Shown here one piece after another: positions 7,539 to 16,125 of a stretch of DNA of 64,000 nucleotides. The DNA comes from an uncultured bacterium (GTDB taxonomy: Bacteria > Actinomycetota > Acidimicrobiia > Spongiisociales > UBA5794), in assembly GCA_963801165.1 (NCBI GenBank), contig CAWDDT010000005.1:352001-416000 (forward strand), read 5' to 3'. Position 1 is the stretch's first letter. Each line of letters opens with the position of its first letter. The notes beneath the pieces were generated by a model. It did not search any database and was not told where the DNA came from. It was given only the letters and a program-made list of their open reading frames with translations. The position numbers were made by a program, and so were the translations under genes.

Positions 7539-9577
7539 AGCGCCTGACGTGGATCGCGACGGCCACCATCGTCATCGCCAGCGTTGCGGCCGGGCTTCTC
7601 TGGAGCGACGGGACCCCGCTGCGTTCGCCATGGATGCTGCCCGCGGCGACCATGACGATCGTCGGGGCAGTGCTCACGTCGAGGGTCCCGGGCAACCCCA
7701 TCGGTCCTCTGTGCCTGTGGTTCGGTCTCGGTGCCGGTGCCACCGCGATCGTTCCTTACAGCCTCCCCTTCTCGTCTGAGAATCAGGCAGCGTGGGCAGA
7801 AGGAATAGGTAGCCTCCTCAACACAGCCTTGGTCGTGCTCACTCTGATCCCCCTCGTGATGCGTTTCCCCGACGGCCATCTGCTCGACCGTCGCTGGCGC
7901 CATGTCGAGCGGGTTGCCGTGCTGGCCGCACTACTCGGTGGGATGGCCGCCCTGATCAACAACGGTTGGGGCGGAGCGCTCGATCAGGCCGTTCGCCAGT
8001 CACCATTGCGCCCGGCATTCGGCGGATTCGCCGACACGGTCGTACCGGTCTTCTATGCGATCCTGAGCCTTCTATTCGCCATCGCCGCTCTGGCCGTGGT
8101 TCTCCGTTTTCGCCGCGCCGACGGTGACGAGCGCGAGCAATTGCGATGGCTCATGTCTGCGGCGGTGATCCTGGTCGTGGCCATCGTCGTCGCCGGACTC
8201 GGCGGCGCCAGCTCGAATGTCGATGCACTCGTGGTAGGTGGGGCGATGTCCCTCGTGCCGGTCGCCATCGCAGTTGCGGTGTTGCGCTACCGGCTCTACG
8301 ACCTCGACCTCGTCATCTCACGCACCCTCCTGTTCGGAATGCTTGTCGTCTTCATCACCGGCGTGTACGCCATTGTCGTTGTCGGGTTGGGGTCGCTTGT
8401 CGGGGGACAGAGGAATCTCGTCCTCTCGATCGGCTCGACCGCTCTTGTGGCGGTTCTCTTCGAGCCGGTTCGCACCAGAACCCAGCGTTGGGCCAACCGG
8501 CTGGTCTTTGGGCGGAAGGCGACCCCATATGAGGTATTGGCCGACCTGACGACCCGGCTGGCCGCGGCCGAGTCATACGAGGGCCTGCTCGAACGGATGG
8601 CGGCGCGCCTGGCAGATGGCATTGGGGCGGCACGCGCAGCAGTCTGGGTCGCCGAGGATGGCGGCTACCGGGCTCTTGCCGCCCATCCGCCGCTTGCGAC
8701 ACGGGAGGTTCTCGCATCGACCATCCCGGGTTGGGTCGTACCGATAGAGCACGACGAAGACACCGTGGGCGTGCTCAGTGTCGAGACCCGGCGAGGCGAG
8801 ATGCTGAGCCCTACCGAGCGCCGCCTCACTGAGGATCTGGCCGGCTCGGCTGGACTCGTCCTCAACAAAGCGAGGCTCGATGCGGCACTGGCGGCAAGGG
8901 CCGCCGATCTGGCGGAGTCGCGACGCCGTCTCGTCGGGGCTGAGGACGCCGAGCGCCGCCACCACGAACAGATTCTCGAAGGCGGGGTGCAGCAGCAACT
9001 GGTCGCCATCAAGCTGCGGCTCGGGATGGCCTCCAGGACCGCGATCGAGGAAGGGGCCGATGCGGTCGGGCAACTACTTCAGGGGATAACCGGTGACGCG
9101 CAGGCCGCTATCGACCAGGTGCGAACGCTGGCCCGAGGCATCTTCCCCCCGCTGCTCGAGACCGAGGGCCTCCGGGCGGCGCTCATCGCGGCCATCGAGC
9201 AGGCTCCGGTCGAGGCTCGGGCCAACATCGACGATGTGGACAGGTTGCCCCGGGATATCGAGGGTGCCGTGTACTTCACCATGTTGGAGGCGATCACCAA
9301 CGCGGTCAAACACGCCGTCGGCCCGATCCACGTGGATCTTCATCGCCGCAAAGACGTTATCGAGTTTGCCGTGGCGGACACCGGCCCCGGTTTCGACCCC
9401 GCGCTCGCTTCGCCCGGTTCGGGCATGGCCAACCTCGCCGACCGGGTCGAGACCGCGGGAGGTGTGTTGCGCATCGAAGCCGCCCCGGGATCACCAACGG
9501 TGATCGCCGGGCGGATCCCCGTCGCCGAGACCACACATATCGCGGCGGCCTCGTACCAGGCCACGGCTCTTGAGTAG
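7535..9577 (+). CDS. Membrane sensor kinase, HisKA_3 type; ATPase intact, phospho-His replaced by Glu
   Basis: Start MKRLTW overlaps the upstream stop (ATGA); EQILEGGVQQQL at the H-box position; EAITNAVKHA, DTGPGF and GSGMANL boxes present. Confidence 0.85.
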   Translation: MKRLTWIATATIVIASVAAGLLWSDGTPLRSPWMLPAATMTIVGAVLTSRVPGNPIGPLCLWFGLGAGATAIVPYSLPFSSENQAAWAEGIGSLLNTALVVLTLIPLVMRFPDGHLLDRRWRHVERVAVLAALLGGMAALINNGWGGALDQAVRQSPLRPAFGGFADTVVPVFYAILSLLFAIAALAVVLRFRRADGDEREQLRWLMSAAVILVVAIVVAGLGGASSNVDALVVGGAMSLVPVAIAVAVLRYRLYDLDLVISRTLLFGMLVVFITGVYAIVVVGLGSLVGGQRNLVLSIGSTALVAVLFEPVRTRTQRWANRLVFGRKATPYEVLADLTTRLAAAESYEGLLERMAARLADGIGAARAAVWVAEDGGYRALAAHPPLATREVLASTIPGWVVPIEHDEDTVGVLSVETRRGEMLSPTERRLTEDLAGSAGLVLNKARLDAALAARAADLAESRRRLVGAEDAERRHHEQILEGGVQQQLVAIKLRLGMASRTAIEEGADAVGQLLQGITGDAQAAIDQVRTLARGIFPPLLETEGLRAALIAAIEQAPVEARANIDDVDRLPRDIEGAVYFTMLEAITNAVKHAVGPIHVDLHRRKDVIEFAVADTGPGFDPALASPGSGMANLADRVETAGGVLRIEAAPGSPTVIAGRIPVAETTHIAAASYQATALE

Positions 9578-9606
9578 GCTTCCCGGTTAGTCACCCTGGG
9601 AATCCG

Positions 9607-10323
9607 ATGAGCACCCACGACAAGCACGTAGTAGCCGAAGAGCCCGCGACCGGGGCCAATGCCACCTCCGAGAGTGAGGAGATGTTCCTCATCACGGTGG
9701 CGCGGGCCATCGAAGACGGACATCCCAGCCCGGTGCCGGTTCCGCTCCTCGCCGACAAGCTGTCCATATCGCGGGTGTCGGCAAACGAGATGACCAAGAA
9801 GCTGGTTGGTAGGGGCTTTGTCGAGTACGAGCCCTATCGCGGGGTCACGCTCACCGCTACGGGAACCGCCGTAGCCAACCGGGTCCTGCGCCGCCGCAGG
9901 CTCTGGGCACTGTTTCTCGCCGAGCATCTTGGTCTGTCCCCTACGGCGGCCGACACCGTTGCCTGCGAGTTCGAGCACATCACGCCGGCGGAGGTAGCCA
10001 CCCGTCTTGCGGGCTTTCTCGGCGACCCTTCGGTCGATCCCGAAGGCAAACCGATACCGGCCGCCGGCAGCTCGATGGGCAACGGCCCGCTCGATCTGGC
10101 TCTTGCCGACCTCGGGGTGGGTCGTCAGAGCGTGGTCACCCGCATCGCCGCTGATTCGGCGATCCGCTCGTTTCTCGAGGATGAGGGAATAGCCGAAGGA
10201 ACCGTGATCACCCTCCTGGCCGTTGGCTCGGACCATGGTTGTCTGGTCGATGGCGGCAACGGCCACGTGCATATGTCGGCCGGGGTTGCAGCCCACGTGC
10301 TCGTCGCTCCGGTGGCCAACTGA
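9607..10323 (+). CDS. DtxR/MntR family metal-dependent regulator with C-terminal FeoA-like domain
   Basis: EEMFL, wHTH with SRVSANEM, YEPYRGVTLT, ACEFEH, DPEGKPIP. Confidence 0.88.
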   Translation: MSTHDKHVVAEEPATGANATSESEEMFLITVARAIEDGHPSPVPVPLLADKLSISRVSANEMTKKLVGRGFVEYEPYRGVTLTATGTAVANRVLRRRRLWALFLAEHLGLSPTAADTVACEFEHITPAEVATRLAGFLGDPSVDPEGKPIPAAGSSMGNGPLDLALADLGVGRQSVVTRIAADSAIRSFLEDEGIAEGTVITLLAVGSDHGCLVDGGNGHVHMSAGVAAHVLVAPVAN

Positions 10324-10331
10324 CCCTCGAC

Positions 10332-10371
10332 TTGACAACATCTCCACCCCGCCTAGATTAGGGCGCCTTAA
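10332..10371 (+). promoter_or_regulatory. Sigma70-type promoter (TTGACA-16-TAGATT) overlapped by a DtxR/MntR-like box TTAGGGCGCCTTAA
   Basis: TTGACA 10332-10337, TAGATT 10354-10359; near-palindrome at 10358-10371 resembling TTAGG-N4-CCTAA, upstream of efeU. Confidence 0.6.
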
Positions 10372-10407
10372 ACAATCGTGTAAGTGTGAGTTAATAACCG
10401 GGTAGGC

Positions 10408-11265
10408 ATGTTCTCCAACTTCCTGATCGGCCTCCGCGAAGGTCTCGAGGCGGTCCTCGTCGTCAGCATCCTGGTTGCGTACCTCGTCAAATCGGGCCGG
10501 GGCGACCAACTGACACGCGTCTGGACCGGAGCAGGTATCGCCGTCGCCGTTTCCCTCGCGACCGGCGCCCTCCTCACCTTCGGCCCGCGCGGTCTGACCT
10601 TCGAAGCCCAGGAGGCCATCGGTGGGTTTCTGTCGCTCCTTGCAGTCGGCTTCATCACGTGGATGATCTTCTGGATGGCCCGGACCGCCCGCAATCTGAA
10701 GGGCGAACTCGAGGAGCAAGCCGGCCTGGCCATCAGTGCCGGCAAATGGGGACTCGTGCTGGTGGCGGCACTGGCCGTCGGTAGGGAGGGTCTGGAGACT
10801 GCTCTGTTCCTATGGACCGCTACTAAGGCGGCGGGGTCCACGCTCGAACCCCTGGTGGGTGCTTTCTTCGGCCTGGCCACTGCGGTAATCCTCGGGCTGC
10901 TCATACACCGTGGTGCGGTGCGGATAGATCTGCGGCGGTTCTTCTCGGTAACCGGAGCCCTGCTGATCATCGTCGCTGCCGGTGTGCTGTCCTACGGGAT
11001 CCACGACCTGCAAGAAGCGGGAATACTCCCCGGTCTCGGTGCGGTGGCGTTCGATGTCTCTGGCGCGATTCCACCGTCGTCGTGGTACGGCACGCTGCTC
11101 AAGGGAACGATCAACTTCTCGCCCCGGTCCACATGGCTCGAGACGGTCACCTGGCTGGCCTACACCATCCCGGTGCTCACCGCATTCATCCGCAAGGTGC
11201 GCCCAACACGACCGGTGCCGGGACGATCTGCCGTGCCGGCGGCGACCTCAGGAGCCGCCCGATGA
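10408..11265 (+). CDS. efeU: FTR1-family iron permease (EfeU-like)
   Basis: Two REGLE motifs, about 7 TM, HDLQEAG. Confidence 0.9.
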   Translation: MFSNFLIGLREGLEAVLVVSILVAYLVKSGRGDQLTRVWTGAGIAVAVSLATGALLTFGPRGLTFEAQEAIGGFLSLLAVGFITWMIFWMARTARNLKGELEEQAGLAISAGKWGLVLVAALAVGREGLETALFLWTATKAAGSTLEPLVGAFFGLATAVILGLLIHRGAVRIDLRRFFSVTGALLIIVAAGVLSYGIHDLQEAGILPGLGAVAFDVSGAIPPSSWYGTLLKGTINFSPRSTWLETVTWLAYTIPVLTAFIRKVRPTRPVPGRSAVPAATSGAAR

Positions 11266-11630
11266 CGCGTCGCACCCTGCTCGCTGCCCTCGCCGTCATG
11301 TCCCTTGCGGTGAGTGGTTGCACCAGCAACGGCGACGCGACCACCACCGTCGAGGTGGTCAGCACCGATAAGGAGTGCCGGGTCGCCGCGACGCAAGCAC
11401 CGGTGGGAACGATCACCTTCGATGTGCGCAATGATGGCAACGACGTAACGGAGTTCTACCTGTATGACGAAGATGGTGCGAAGGTGGTCGGTGAGGTGGA
11501 GAACATCGGCCCCGGCGTCACTCGATCGATGGTCGTCGAAGCGGTGGTGGGCTCCTATGAGACCGCATGCAAGCCGGGGATGGCCGGAGACGGGATAAGA
11601 GCCGCGTTCGAGGTGGTGGACACCGGGTGA
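11262..11630 (+). CDS. Cupredoxin-domain lipoprotein (EfeO N-terminal-like domain only)
   Basis: Lipobox VSGC; TEFY, GEVENIGPG, ACKPGM motifs; ATG overlaps the efeU stop. Confidence 0.82.
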   Translation: MTRRTLLAALAVMSLAVSGCTSNGDATTTVEVVSTDKECRVAATQAPVGTITFDVRNDGNDVTEFYLYDEDGAKVVGEVENIGPGVTRSMVVEAVVGSYETACKPGMAGDGIRAAFEVVDTG

Positions 11631-11642
11631 CATCTGGCCGGG

Positions 11643-12008
11643 TCAGTCGAATATGAGGCTCCACGGGCCAAACTCGGCTTTCGACACAAAGCCGACCGCC
11701 CCGGCCTCGAGAGCGCGCGACTCGTACTCGGCGCTTTCATAAGTCGAGACCACGAGCACCGCAATATCGGGAAACTCGCTGACGATGCGTCTGGTTGCCT
11801 CGAGCCCGTCGATGCCGGGCAGGTTTATGTCCATCAGAACCAGGTCGGGGGCCGTAGCCGCGATCTTGTCGAGCGCCTCTTCAGCCGAGCCCGCCTCGCC
11901 GGCGAACTCAACTCCGTCCGCCAGCTCGACGACGAGTGCCGCCGCCTGACGGAAGGGAGCCTGGTCATCTACGATCAGGACTCGACGCACCTGCTGATCC
12001 AACTTCAT
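11643..12008 (-). CDS. Single-domain response regulator (receiver only)
   Basis: VLIVDD, LVLMDINLPGIDG, VSTY, FVSK; no output domain. Confidence 0.85.
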   Translation of the reverse strand: MKLDQQVRRVLIVDDQAPFRQAAALVVELADGVEFAGEAGSAEEALDKIAATAPDLVLMDINLPGIDGLEATRRIVSEFPDIAVLVVSTYESAEYESRALEAGAVGFVSKAEFGPWSLIFD

Positions 12009-12087
12009 ACCCCCATTGTCATCCAAGCCCGGCGGCTCACCAAGGGCACAGGCACCACACCGGCCGGTGTGGTTTTCCACACCGCTG

Positions 12088-12750
12088 TCACGTCGTCTCG
12101 CCCAGAAATAGAAGCACCGCCTTGACCCGCCGGTTGCCGTCGACGTTTGCTAGTAGATCGAGCTTGGTGAAGATCGAGTTGATGTGCTTCTCCACTGCCC
12201 GCTCCGAGAGGAATAGATCGGCGGCGATGCCGGCATTGGTGCCGCCGGCGGCGACGTGCTCGAGCACTTCCCGCTCCCGGCCCGTCAGCCGTTCCAACTT
12301 GGAACGGCGTCCGGCACTCCGTCCCGCCAGCAACGCGTCGACGACCTTCGGGTCGATCCTCGAACCACCAACCGCAACCCGCTCGATGGCGTCCACCAGC
12401 TCGTTCGCATCACCGAGGCGCTCCTTGAGCAGGTAGGCGAAACCGGAAGACCCGTCCTCCAGCAGGCGGATCGCATACTCCGGCTCGACGTACTGACTCA
12501 GCACGACAACACCGATGTCGGGGTGCAGAGCCCGAATCTCCCGCGCCGCCTTGATGCCCTCGTCGGTACGGCTCGGCGGCATCCTGATGTCGGTAACGAC
12601 AACGTCAGGATGGTGCATCTCGACCGCTTCCAGCAGCTCGTAGTAATTCTCGGCAGTAGCCAGCAGCTCGTACCCGGCGCTTTCCAGCACCAGCTTCTCC
12701 CCCTCGCGTACGATGTAGCTGTCTTCGGCGAGCACCAGCTTGAGACCCAT
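12088..12750 (-). CDS. NarL/LuxR family DNA-binding response regulator
   Basis: REC (VVVTDIRMPP) plus LuxR HTH LTGREREVL...AVEKHINSIFTKL. Confidence 0.93.
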   Translation of the reverse strand: MGLKLVLAEDSYIVREGEKLVLESAGYELLATAENYYELLEAVEMHHPDVVVTDIRMPPSRTDEGIKAAREIRALHPDIGVVVLSQYVEPEYAIRLLEDGSSGFAYLLKERLGDANELVDAIERVAVGGSRIDPKVVDALLAGRSAGRRSKLERLTGREREVLEHVAAGGTNAGIAADLFLSERAVEKHINSIFTKLDLLANVDGNRRVKAVLLFLGETT

Positions 12751-12815
12751 CAGGTCACACTACACAACGGGCGGTCCGCCCGAAGTGGTTAAGGGAGCGC
12801 CTAGTCTTGCTCGCC

Positions 12816-13346
12816 ATGGCCGTACACATCGCGCTACTACGCGGAATCAACGTCGGTGGCAAGAACCGGCTGGCGATGTCACTGCTGCGCACGATCGCCT
12901 CCGACCTCGGCTACACCGACGTTGTCACGTACATACAGAGCGGGAACATCGTGCTGACGAGCCGTGAGGCGAGCCGCACGGTCGCCGGGAAACTCGAAGG
13001 CGCCATTACCGCGACGACCGGTCTCGACGTCCCTGTGATTGCCCGTACGGCCGCGGAATGGTCCACGATGATGGCGGCGAACCCGTTTCCCGTCGCCGAC
13101 GGCAAGAAGCTGCACGTTGTGTTCCTGCCCGGTCCGGCGGGCGACGCATATAGCCGAATCGATTCAGCCGCCCACGGGCCCGAGGACTTCTCCGTCTCGG
13201 GCAGCCACGTCTTCCTGTGGCTCCCCAACGGGATCGGGCGCAGCAAGCTGGCGGCGGCGATCGGCAGGGCCGGTCAACCCGGTACGGCCCGCAACTGGAA
13301 CACCGTGGTGAAGCTGGCGCAGCTGAGCGGCGCCGAGCAACCGTAG
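12816..13346 (+). CDS. DUF1697 domain protein
   Basis: ALLRGINVGGKN, TYIQSGN, TARNWNTV motifs. Confidence 0.88.
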   Translation: MAVHIALLRGINVGGKNRLAMSLLRTIASDLGYTDVVTYIQSGNIVLTSREASRTVAGKLEGAITATTGLDVPVIARTAAEWSTMMAANPFPVADGKKLHVVFLPGPAGDAYSRIDSAAHGPEDFSVSGSHVFLWLPNGIGRSKLAAAIGRAGQPGTARNWNTVVKLAQLSGAEQP

Positions 13347-13466
13347 GTCGTTGCCAAGCCGCACGCCGTCGGGTGTGGCTTGCTCTCTCTCGGTGGGCTT
13401 CGAGTTCACGAAATGTTCCCCGGCAACCCGGCAACAAGCCGGGTGTTGCCTGCCAGGATGCCAACC

Positions 13467-14045
13467 ATGAAAGCCATCACGATGCTCTTGACCGCGCTGC
13501 TGCTAGCCGCATGCGGTAGCTCGAGCGATCAGCACGCGGCCACTGCCACCCCCACCGACGTACAGACACGACTCGACGAGATATCCGGCTACGTCACAGA
13601 CTGGCAACAAGCCGGTGACCTGGCCGCAGCGACCAGCGCAGCCGAGGCCGCCGCCAACCTGGTGGTTGGCCCCAACGGACCCGGTTATGGCGACCGCAAC
13701 GGGGACGGCGAGATCAGTGGAGCCGGCGATGTAGGCCTACTCCCCGGTAGCGACGGCACCCCGACCGGTCTGGTGCTCGACGTCATAGGCGACGTCGAGT
13801 GTGTCCACCAGGACGTTCTCGGTGGCGCGTGGGACGACCCTGCAGCAAGGTGGGGCGAGCTGGCAGCGGCGATCGCAGACTGGGCAGCCGACAACAACAC
13901 ATTCCCGTCGCTGGCGGCGCATCCCATGCGTCTCGTCGGCTGGGCAACCCTGACCCAGACCGCCACTCTCGACGAAGCCCACCAGTACGCAGGCCACGCC
14001 GCGCTCCATGTGAGCGTGGCCGAACAGGCGCTCGCCAACTGCTGA
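13467..14045 (+). CDS. Hypothetical lipoprotein
   Basis: MKAITMLLTALLLAAC lipobox; DRNGDG Ca-binding-like loop. Confidence 0.7.
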   Translation: MKAITMLLTALLLAACGSSSDQHAATATPTDVQTRLDEISGYVTDWQQAGDLAAATSAAEAAANLVVGPNGPGYGDRNGDGEISGAGDVGLLPGSDGTPTGLVLDVIGDVECVHQDVLGGAWDDPAARWGELAAAIADWAADNNTFPSLAAHPMRLVGWATLTQTATLDEAHQYAGHAALHVSVAEQALANC

Positions 14046-14114
14046 AACACGTACACGCCGGGACCCCGTAGCGTGATCACTCGATACCTGCCGTATTGCG
14101 ACCTGCGGGGCCGG

Positions 14115-14984
14115 TTATGCGCTGGTGAGTGGCAGCCGGGGATCAACCGGCTTGCCGTCCCAGGTACCGCGCACCCAGGCGTGAGTGGGATCGTCGCAGA
14201 TCCGCCACGCTCGCTCGGCGCCGGGACCTGCCATGACGTTGAGGTAGTAGAGGTGGTACCCGGGAGCGGCCATCGCCGGACCGTGCCACCCGTACGGAAT
14301 CAAGACGACGTCACCGGTGCGTACTTCCTCGAGCACGTCGATCTCAAACCCGGGGTGCCCATAAACCCGCTGGTAGGCGAAGCCTGGATCGCTCGGCCCG
14401 TCGGCTACCTCGAAGTAATAGACCTCCTCGAGAGCCGTCTCGTTCTCATTTTCCTCGTCGTGCTTGTGCGGGGGATACGAGGACCAGTTGCCGGCGGGCG
14501 TGAGCACCTCGACGGCAATGAGACGGTCGGCCTCAAACGTCTCCGGTGTGCAGAAGTTGACGACCTGACGCGAAGCCTGCCCGGCGCCCCGCAGCTCAAC
14601 CGACACCTCATCGGCCGGGCGGTACCGGAACGGATAGCGTCGTGTCGCCTGCGCCCCGGATATCGAGAACCTGCCTCCCCCCACACTGCTGATCGTGACC
14701 GTGGATTCGATCGGGACATAGACGAAATCCGACACTGCGGAGAAGACCCCGGAGCGGCCCACCAGCTCCCGGCGTTCGCCGTCGCACGCGACGATGCACG
14801 ACCCGGATAGCGGCAGCACGACCATCTCCTCCGACCCGGTCTCGAAGGTCTTCGCTTCTTCGGGTCCCAGGCTCAAGACACGGAAACTCGAATAGCCCCA
14901 TCCCGCCAGCTCCGGTGTGACCTCGAGTTCGAAGCCATTAGCCGTGAGCTCCCCTGCGGGGTAGTAGAACCGTCGTTCGCCCAT
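14115..14984 (-). CDS. iolB: 5-deoxy-glucuronate isomerase
   Basis: GNWSSYPPHKHD, LEEVYYF, YYLNVMAGP motifs of the KduI/IolB family. Confidence 0.92.
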   Translation of the reverse strand: MGERRFYYPAGELTANGFELEVTPELAGWGYSSFRVLSLGPEEAKTFETGSEEMVVLPLSGSCIVACDGERRELVGRSGVFSAVSDFVYVPIESTVTISSVGGGRFSISGAQATRRYPFRYRPADEVSVELRGAGQASRQVVNFCTPETFEADRLIAVEVLTPAGNWSSYPPHKHDEENENETALEEVYYFEVADGPSDPGFAYQRVYGHPGFEIDVLEEVRTGDVVLIPYGWHGPAMAAPGYHLYYLNVMAGPGAERAWRICDDPTHAWVRGTWDGKPVDPRLPLTSA

Positions 14985-15345
14985 TTCCGTTCAACCTCCG
15001 TGCACAAGCTTCACTGCAACGGAAACCCGTGTGTCTGCTGGTGTTTCCGTGGCCGTTGGCGATTCCTACGGACCGTATCACAGCGTCGCCGCTCGGGTCA
15101 CTTCCAACCGCGCCATCGGTGATGTGCGAAGCTGGTTGTGGACGGACATGCCAAATGGATCGTCCCCGGTTCGGGCCATGACGGCGCCGGAACGCCCGTG
15201 GCGTGCCGCGGCGACCGTTGGTTCGTGCCACTCCCGCCGGATGAACTTGCCGAATGCGGTCGCCGATTCCAAACCCGCCGGGTATCGATTTCTGCCCGCT
15301 GAGTGATAACGTCGAATGTCCGTCACGTGACACGGAGAGGGCGAA

Positions 15346-16101
15346 GTGGGAGCGATAACAATCGATGAGCTGGGGGTGACCGTCAACCCGTCGAGCCCGG
15401 TGCCCCTCTACCACCAGATCGCAGACCAGCTACAAAAGGCCATCGAGACCGGCCAGGTCAACAAGGGCGACTACCTACCGAGCGAAGTGGACCTCGCCGA
15501 ACGATGGAGCGTCTCGAGACCGACGACGCGCCGGGCGATCCAGCATCTCGTGGACCACGGCATGGTCGTCCGAAAGCGTGGGGTGGGAACGCAGGTCGTG
15601 GCCTCTCACATCCGTCGCGGCGTCCGGCTGTCCAGCCTCTACGACGACCTCAGTGCCAGCGGCCGTCGACCTACCACCGCCGTCGTCCATCTCGGTGTCG
15701 TCGATGCCGACGAGGAAGTGTCTCGACTCCTCGAGCTCGAGCGCAGCACGCCCGTTGTGACCATCGAGAGGATTCGCTCCGCCGACGGCAGACCCCTGGC
15801 CGTCATGCACAACTGGCTTCCGTACGACATCGGCAAGGACCTCACGGTGGAGGCGTTGTCGAGCGCCGGGCTCTACGCCTTGATGCGGGCAAGCGGGGTA
15901 CGGCCCATGGAAGCGACGCAGGTCATCGAGGCCCGTGGCGCGAGCGCAGCTGAGGCGAGGACGCTCGCGTTGGAACCCGGGGCGCCGATGCTCACCATCC
16001 AGCGGGTGATGCAGGACGAGACCGGACGAAAGGTCGAGCTCGCCCGTCACGCCTACGACGCCCGGCAGTATTCGATCGAGACCACGATGGTCGAGGGCTG
16101 A
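15346..16101 (+). CDS. GntR family regulator (HutC/UTRA type)
   Basis: PVPLYHQI, LPSE, VSRPTTRRA, RKRGVGT; UTRA C-terminus; divergent from iolB. Confidence 0.9.
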   Translation: MGAITIDELGVTVNPSSPVPLYHQIADQLQKAIETGQVNKGDYLPSEVDLAERWSVSRPTTRRAIQHLVDHGMVVRKRGVGTQVVASHIRRGVRLSSLYDDLSASGRRPTTAVVHLGVVDADEEVSRLLELERSTPVVTIERIRSADGRPLAVMHNWLPYDIGKDLTVEALSSAGLYALMRASGVRPMEATQVIEARGASAAEARTLALEPGAPMLTIQRVMQDETGRKVELARHAYDARQYSIETTMVEG

Positions 16102-16125
16102 GAGTCGCTCGACACCAGGACACTC

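Noticed and set aside
5496-9577. Calling either kinase a pseudogene
   Set aside because: Both ORFs are full length, translationally coupled and free of stops or frameshifts; only specific catalytic motifs are changed.
14985-15345. Small ORFs between iolB and gntR
   Set aside because: No RBS or motif support; treated as a divergent promoter region.
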